Shown in pieces: positions 55,001 to 64,000 of a DNA stretch of 64,000 nt. The notes under the pieces are model-generated. The model had not been told where the DNA came from, made no database searches, and saw only the letters and a program-made list of their open reading frames with translations. The stretch spans positions 99,510,001 to 99,574,000 of the forward strand of contig OZ024746.1 of NCBI GenBank assembly GCA_964016885.1. The letters run 5' to 3'. Numbering within the stretch: position 1 is the stretch's first letter; every line of letters starts with the position of its first letter. Both the position numbers and the translations under genes were made by a program. The stretch is from Eledone cirrhosa. Its lineage: Eukaryota.

Positions 55001-58000
55001 TTCACTCCACCCAATGTCCACCACCACTGATTCACTCCACCTAATGTCCACCACACCACCACTGATTCACTCCACCTAATGTCCACCACCACTGATTCAC
55101 TCCACCTAATGTCCACCACCACTGATTCACTCCACCTAATGTCCACCACACCACCACTGATTCACTCCACCTAATGTCCACCACACCGACACTGATTCAC
55201 TCCACCTAATGTCCACCACACCACCACTGATTCACTCCACCTAATGTCCACCACCACTGATTCACTCCACCTAATGTCCACCACCACTGATTCACTCTAC
55301 CTAATGTCCACCACACCACCACTGATTCACTCCATCTAATGTCCACCACCACTGATTCACTCCACCTAATGTCCACCACCACTGATTCACTCCACCTAAT
55401 GTCCACCACACCACCACTGATTCACTCCATCTAATGTCCACCACCACTGATTCACTCCACCTAATGTCCACCACCACTGATTCACTCTACCTAATGTCCA
55501 CCACACCACCACTGATTCACTCCACCTAATGTCCACCACCACTGATTCACTCCACCTAATGTCCACCACCACTGATTCACTCCACCTAATGTCCACCACC
55601 ACTGATTCACTCCACCTAATGTCCACCACACCACCACTGATTCACTCCACCTAATGTCCACCACCACTGATTCACTCCATCTAATGTCCTCCACCACTGA
55701 TTCACTCCACCTAATGTCCACCACACCACCACTGATTCACTCCACCTAATGTCCACCACCACTGATTCACTCCACCTAATGTCCACCACACCACCACTGA
55801 TTCACTCCACCTAATGTCCACCACACCACCACTGATTCACTCCACCTAATGTCCACCACCACTGATTCACTCCACCTAATGTCCACCACCACTGATTCAC
55901 TCCACCTAATGTCCACCACCACTGATTCACTCCATCTAATGTCCTCCACCACTGATTCACTCCACCTAATGTCCACCACACCACCACTGATTCACTCCAC
56001 CTAATGTCCACCACCACTGATTCACTCTACCTAATGTCCACCACACCACCACTGATTCACTCCACCTAATGTCCACCACACCACCACTGATTCACTCCAC
56101 CTAATGTCCACCACCACTGATTCACTCTACCTAATGTCCACCACACCACCACTGATTCACTCCACCTAATGTCCACCACCACTGATTCACACTACCTAAT
56201 GTCCACCACACCACCACTGATTCACTCCACCTAATGTCCACCACACCACCACTGATTCACTCCACCTAATGTCCACCACCACTGATTCACTCCACCTAAT
56301 GTCCACCACACCACCACTGATTCACTCCACCTAATGTCCACCACCACTGATTCACTCCACCTAATGTCCACCACCACTGATTCACTCCACCTAATGTCCA
56401 CCACCACTGATTCACTCCACCTAATGTCCACCACCACTGATTCACTCCACCTAATGTCCACCACACCACCACTGATTCACTCCACCTAATGTCCACCACC
56501 ACAGATCCACTCCACCTAATGTCCACCACACCACCACTGATTCACTCCACCTAATGTCCACCACACCACCACTGATTCACTCCACCTAATGTCCACCACA
56601 CCACCACTGATTCACTCCACCTAATGTCCACCACACCACCACCGATTCACTCCACCTAATCTCCACCACCACTGATTCACTCCACCTAATGTCCACCACC
56701 ACTGATTCACTCCACCTAATGTCCACCACCACTGATTCACTCCACCTAATGTCCACCACCAGTGATTCACTCTACCTAATGTCCACCACACCACCACTGA
56801 TTCACTCCACCTAATGTCCACCACCACTGATTCACCCCACCTAATGTCCACCACACCACCACTGATTCACTCCACCTAATGTCCACCACACCACCACTGA
56901 TTCACTTTACCTAATGTCCACCACACCACCATTGATTCACTCCACCTAATGTCCACCACCACTGATTCACTCCACCTAATGTCCACCACTACTGACTCAC
57001 TCCACCTAATGTCCACCACACCACCACTGATTCACTCCACCTAATGTCCACCACCACTGATTCACCCCACCTAATGTCCACCACCACTGATTCACTCCAC
57101 CTAATGTCCACCACACCACCACTGATTCACTCCACCTAATGTCCACCACACCACCACTGATTCACTCCACCTAATGTCCACCACCACTGATTCACTCCAC
57201 CTAATGTCCAACACCACTGATTCACTCCACCTAATGTCCACCACACCACCACTGATTCACTCCACCTAATGTCCACCACACCACCACTGATTCACTCCAC
57301 CTAATGTCCACCACACCACCACTGATTCACTCCACCTAATGTCCACTACCACTGATTCACTCCACCTAATGTCCACCACACCACCACTGATTCACTCCAC
57401 CTAATGTCCACCACACCACCACTGATTCACTCCACCTAATGTCCACTACCACTGATTCACTCCACCTAATGTCCACCACACCACCACTGATTCACTCCAC
57501 CTAATGTCCACCACCACTGATTCACTCCACCTAATGTCCACCACCACTGATTCACTCCACCTAATGTCCACCACACCACCACTGATTCACTCCACCTAAT
57601 GTCCACCACACCACCACTGATTCACTCCACCTAATGTCCACTACCACTGATTCACTCCACCTAATGTCCACTACCACTGATTCACTCCACCTAATGTCCA
57701 CCACACCACCACTGATTCACTCCACCTAATGTCCACCACCACTGATTCACTCCACCTAATGTCCACCACCACTGATTCACTCCACCTAATCTCCACCACC
57801 ACTGATTCACTCCACCTAATGTCCACCACACCACCACTGATTCACTCCACCTAATGTCCACTACCACTGATTCACTCCACCTAATGTCCACCACACCACC
57901 ACTGATTCACTCCACCTAATGTCCACCACCACTGATTCACTCCACCTAATGTCCACCACCACTGATTCACTCCACCTAATGTCCACCACCACTGATTCAC

Positions 58001-61000
58001 TCCACCTAATGTCCACCACACCACCACTGATTCACTCCACCTAATGTCCACCACACCACCACTGATTCACTCCACCTAATGTCCACTACCACTGATTCAC
58101 TCCACCTAATGTCCACCACACCACCACTGATTCACTCCACCTAATGTCCACCAACACTGATTCACTCCACCTAATCTCCACCACCACTGATTCACTCCAC
58201 CTAATCTCCACCACCACTGATTCACTCCACCTAATGTCCACTACCACTGATTCACTCCACCTAATGTCCACCACACCACCACTGATTCACTCCACCTAAT
58301 GTCCACCACCACTGATTCACTCCACCTAATGTCCACTACCACTGATTCACTCCACCTAATGTCCACTACCACTGATTCACTCCACCTAATGTCCACCACC
58401 ACTGATTCACTCCACCTAATGTCCACCGCACCACCACTGATTCACTCCACCTAATTTCCACCACACCACCACTGATTCACTCCACCTAATGTCCACCGCA
58501 CCACCACTGATTCACTCCACCTAATGTCCACCACCACTGATTCACTCCACCTAATGTCCACCACCACTGATTCACTCCACCTAATGTCCACCACACCACC
58601 ACTGATTCACTCCACCTAATGTCCACCACCACTGATTCACTCTACCTAATGTCCACCACACCACCACTGATTCACTCCACCTAATGTCCACCACACCACC
58701 ACTGATTCACTCCACCTAATGTCCACCACCACTGATTCACTCCACCTAATGTCCACCGCACCACCACTGATTCACTCCACCTAATGTCCACCACACCACC
58801 ACTGATTCACTCCACCTAATGTCCACCACCACTGATTCACTCCACCTAATGTCCACCGCACCACCACTGATTCACTCCACCTAATGTCCACCACACCACC
58901 ACTGATTCACTCCACCTAATGTCCACCACACCACCACTGATTCACTCCACCTAATGTCCACCACACCACCACTGATTCACTCCACCTAATGTCCACCACC
59001 ACTGATTCACTCCACCTAATGTCCACCACACCACCACTGATTCACTCCACCTAATGTCCACCACACCACCACTGATTCACTCCACCTAATGTCCACCACA
59101 CCACCACTGATTCACTCCACCTAATGTCCACCACCACTGATTCACTCCACCTAATGTCCACCGCACCACCACTGATTAACTCCACCTAATGTCCACCGCA
59201 CCACCACTGATTCACTCCACCTAATGTCCACCACACCACCACTGATTCACTCCACCTAATGTCCACCACCACTGATTAACTCCACCTAATGTCCACCACA
59301 CCACCACTGATTAACTCCACCTAATGTCCACCGCACCACCACTGATTCACTCCACCTAATGTCCACCACCACTGATTAACTCCACCTAATGTCCACCGCA
59401 CCACCACTGATTCACTCCACCTAATGTCCACCACCACTGATTCACTCCACCTAATGTCCACCACACCACCACTGATTCACTCCACCTAATGTCCACCACA
59501 CCACCACTGATTCACTCCACCTAATGTCCACCACCACTGATTCACTCCACCTAATGTCCACCACCACTGATTCACTCCACCTAATGTCCACCACACCACC
59601 ACTGATTCACTCCACCTAATGTCCACCACCACTGATTCACTCCACCTAATGTCCACCACACCACCACTGATTCACTCCACCTAATGTCCACCACACCACC
59701 ACTGATTCACTCCACCTAATGTCCACCACCACTGATTCACTCCACCTAATGTCCACCACCACTGATTCACTCCACCTAATGTCCACCACACCACCACTGA
59801 TTCACTCCACCTAATGTCCACCACCACTGATTCACTCCACCTAATGTCCACCACCACTGATTCACTCCACCTAATGTCCACCACACCACCACTGATTCAC
59901 TCCACCTAATGTCCACCACCACTGATTCACTCCACCTAATGTCCACCACACCACCACTGATTCACTCCACCTAATGTCCACCACACCACCACTGATTCAC
60001 TCCACCTAATGTCCACTACCACTGATTCACTCCACCTAATGTCCACCGCACCACCACTGATTCACTCCACCTAATGTCCACCACCACTGATTCACTCCAC
60101 CTAATGTCCACCACACCACCACTGATTCACTCCACCTAATGTCCACCACACCACCACTGATTCACTCCACCTAATGTCCACCACCACTGATTCACTCCAC
60201 CTAATGTCCACCACCACTGATTCACTCCACCTAATGTCCACCACACCACCACTGATTCACTCCACCTAATGTCCACCACACCACCACTGATTCACTCCAC
60301 CTAATGTCCACCACCACTGATTCACTCCACCTAATGTCCACCACCACTGATTCACTCCACCTAATGTCCACCACACCACCACTGATTCACTCCACCTAAT
60401 GTCCACCACCACTGATTCACTCCACCTAATGTCCACCACACCACCATTGATTCACTCCACCTAATGTCCACCACACCACCACTGATTCACTCCACCTAAT
60501 GTCCACTACCACTGATTCACTCCACCTAATGTCCACCGCACCACCACTGATTCACTCCACCTAATGTCCACCACCACTGATTCACTCCACCTAATGTCCA
60601 CCACACCACCACTGATTCACTCCACCTAATGTCCACCACCACTGATTCACTCCACCTAATGTCCACCACACCACCACTGATTAACTCCACCTAATGTCCA
60701 CCGCACCACCACTGATTAACTCCACCTAATGTCCACCGCACCACCACTGATTCACTCCACCTAATGTCCACCACCACTGATTAACTCCACCTAATGTCCA
60801 CCGCACCACCACTGATTCACTCCACCTAATGTCCACCACCACTGATTCACTCCACCTAATGTCCATCACACCACCACTGATTCACTCCACCTAATGTCCA
60901 CCACACCACCACTGATTCACTCCACCTAATGTCCACCACCACTGATTCACTCCACCTAATGTCCACCGCACCACCACTGATTCACTCCACCTAATGTCCA

Positions 61001-64000
61001 CCACCACTGATTCACTCCACCTAATGTCCACCACCACTGATTCACTCCACCTAATGTCCACCACACCACCACTGATTCACTCCACCTAATGTCCACCACC
61101 ACTGATTCACTCCACCTAATGTCCACCACCACTGATTCACTCCACCTAATGTCCACCACCACTGATTCACTCTACCTAATGTCCACCATACCACCACTGA
61201 TTCACTCCACCTAATGTCCACCACCACTGATTCACTCCACCTAATGTCCACCACACCACCACTGATTCACTCCACCTAATGTCCACCACACCACCAATGA
61301 TTCACTCCACCTAATGTCCACCACCACTGATTCACTCCACCTAATGTCCACCACACCACCACTGATTCACCCCACCTAATGTCCACCACCACTGATTCAC
61401 TCCACCTAATGTCCACCACACCACCACTGATTCACTCCACCTAATGTCCACCACACCACCACTGATTCACTCCACCTAATGTCCACCACACCACCACAGA
61501 TTCACTCCACCTAATGTCCACCACACCACCACTGATTCACTCCACCTAATGTCCACCACACCACCACTGATTCACTCCACCTAATGTCCACCACCACTGA
61601 TTCACTCCACCTAATGTCCACCACACCACCACTGATTCACCCCACCTAATGTCCACCACCACTGATTCACTCCACCTAATGTCCACCACACCACCACTGA
61701 TTGACTCCACCTAATGTCCACCACACCACCACTGATTCACTCCACCTAATGTCCACCACCACTGATTCACTCCACCTAATGTCCACCACACCACCACTGA
61801 TTCACCCCACCTAATGTCCACCACCACTGATTCACTCCACCTAATGTCCACCACACCACCACAGATTCACTCCACCTAATGTCCACCACACCACCACTGA
61901 TTCACTCCACCTAATGTCCACCACCACTGATTCACTCCACCTAATGTCCACCACACCACCACTGATTCACTCCACCTAATGTCCACCACACCACCACAGA
62001 TTCACTCCAGCTAATGTCCACCACCACTGATTCACCCCACCTAATGTCCACCACCACTGATTCACTCCACCTAATGTCCACCACACCACCACTGATTCAC
62101 TCCACCTAATGTCCACCACACCACCACTGATTCACTCCAACTAATGTCCACCACACCACCACAGATTCACTCCACCTAATGTCCACCACACCACCACTGA
62201 TTCACTCCACCTAATGTCCACCACACCACCACAGATTCACTCCACCTAATGTCCACCACCACTGATTCACCCCACCTAATGTCCACCACCACTGATTCAC
62301 TCCACCTAATGTCCACCACACCACCACTGATTCACCCCACCTAATGTCCACCACCACTGATTCACTCCACCTAATGTCCACCACACCACCACTGATTCAC
62401 TCCACCTAATGTCCACCACACCACCACTGATTCACTCCACCTAATGTCCACCACACCACCACTGATTCACTCCACCTAATGTCCACCACCACTGATTCAC
62501 TCCACCTAATGTCCACCACACCACCACTGATTCACTCCACCTAATGTCCACCACACCACCACTGATTCACTCCACCTAATGTCCACTACCACTGATTCAC
62601 TCCACCTAATGTCCACCGCACCACCACTGATTCACTCCACCTAATGTCCACCACCACTGATTCACTCCACCTAATGTCCACCACACCACCACTGATTCAC
62701 TCCACCTAATGTCCACCACCACTGATTCACTCCACCTAATGTCCACCACACCACCACTGATTAACTCCACCTAATGTCCACCGCACCACCACTGATTAAC
62801 TCCACCTAATGTCCACCGCACCACCACTGATTCACTCCACCTAATGTCCACCACCACTGATTAACTCCACCTAATGTCCACCGCACCACCACTGATTCAC
62901 TCCACCTAATGTCCACCACCACTGATTCACTCCACCTAATGTCCATCACACCACCACTGATTCACTCCACCTAATGTCCACCACACCACCACTGATTCAC
63001 TCCACCTAATGTCCACCACCACTGATTCACTCCACCTAATGTCCACCACCACTGATTCACTCCACCTAATGTCCACCACACCACCACTGATTCACTCCAC
63101 CTAATGTCCACCACCACTGATTCACTCCACCTAATGTCCACCACACCACCACTGATTCACTCCACCTAATGTCCACCACACCACCACTGATTCACTCCAC
63201 CTAATGTCCACCACCACTGATTCACTCCACCTAATGTCCACCACCACTGATTCACTCCACCTAATGTCCACCACACCACCACTGATTCACTCCACCTAAT
63301 GTCCACCACCACTGATTCACTCCACCTAATGTCCACCACCACTGATTCACTCCACCTAATGTCCACCACACCACCACTGATTCACTCCACCTAATGTCCA
63401 CCACCACTGATTCACTCCACCTAATGTCCACCACACCACCACTGATTCACTCCACCTAATGTCCACCACACCACCACTGATTCACTCCACCTAATGTCCA
63501 CTACCACTGATTCACTCCACCTAATGTCCACCGCACCACCACTGATTCACTCCACCTAATGTCCACCACCACTGATTCACTCCACCTAATGTCCACCACA
63601 CCACCACTGATTCACTCCACCTAATGTCCACCACACCACCACTGATTCACTCCACCTAATGTCCACCACCACTGATTCACTCCACCTAATGTCCACCACC
63701 ACTGATTCACTCCACCTAATGTCCACCACACCACCACTGATTCACTCCACCTAATGTCCACCACACCACCACTGATTCACTCCACCTAATGTCCACCACC
63801 ACTGATTCACTCCACCTAATGTCCACCACCACTGATTCACTCCACCTAATGTCCACCACACCACCACTGATTCACTCCACCTAATGTCCACCACCACTGA
63901 TTCACTCCACCTAATGTCCACCACACCACCACTGATTCACTCCACCTAATGTCCACCACACCACCACTGATTCACTCCACCTAATGTCCACTACCACTGA
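52054..64000. repeat. Satellite array (>11.9 kb) of interspersed 30-bp and 35-bp units; continues past the window
   Basis: ACTGATTCACTCCACCTAATGTCCACCAC(ACCAC)C repeated. Confidence 0.97.

Noticed and set aside
53807-63369. VVVDIRWSES-repeat ORFs
   Set aside because: By-product of the 30-bp unit being a multiple of 3; the 35-bp units break frame constantly.
52054-64000. TTAGG in the satellite unit as telomeric repeat
   Set aside because: A single pentamer per 30-35 bp, not tandem; no evidence of telomeric origin.

Overview
Repeat-dense eukaryotic (animal) DNA. The SINE families, (TA)n richness and LINE content suggest a cephalopod/octopus genome, but this is inferred from recalled repeat motifs and not verified. 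One clear host exon was found: a 100-bp minus-strand exon (7618-7717) of an SLC7A9/b(0,+)AT-like amino-acid transporter, so most of the window is probably intronic. The rest is mobile DNA: three Penelope-like (PLE) coding fragments, a near-full-length frameshifted L1/Tx1 LINE (about 27.6-32.2 kb), RTE fragments, an internally deleted mariner, Helitron-type ends, many tRNA-derived SINEs, two 29-bp arrays built from a SINE A-box, and a >11.9-kb 30/35-bp satellite running off the right edge. The most striking unannotated signal is about 20 full or decayed type I hammerhead ribozyme motifs, plus several 3' halves, from roughly a dozen sequence-unrelated short elements in the first 51 kb. Many have a palindromic stem III and a greatly extended stem II. 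They sit between (TA)n tracts, often as fold-back pairs that put a ribozyme on both strands of the putative host pre-mRNA. Almost all ORF-track entries (YI/CV/HT repeats) are microsatellite artefacts.
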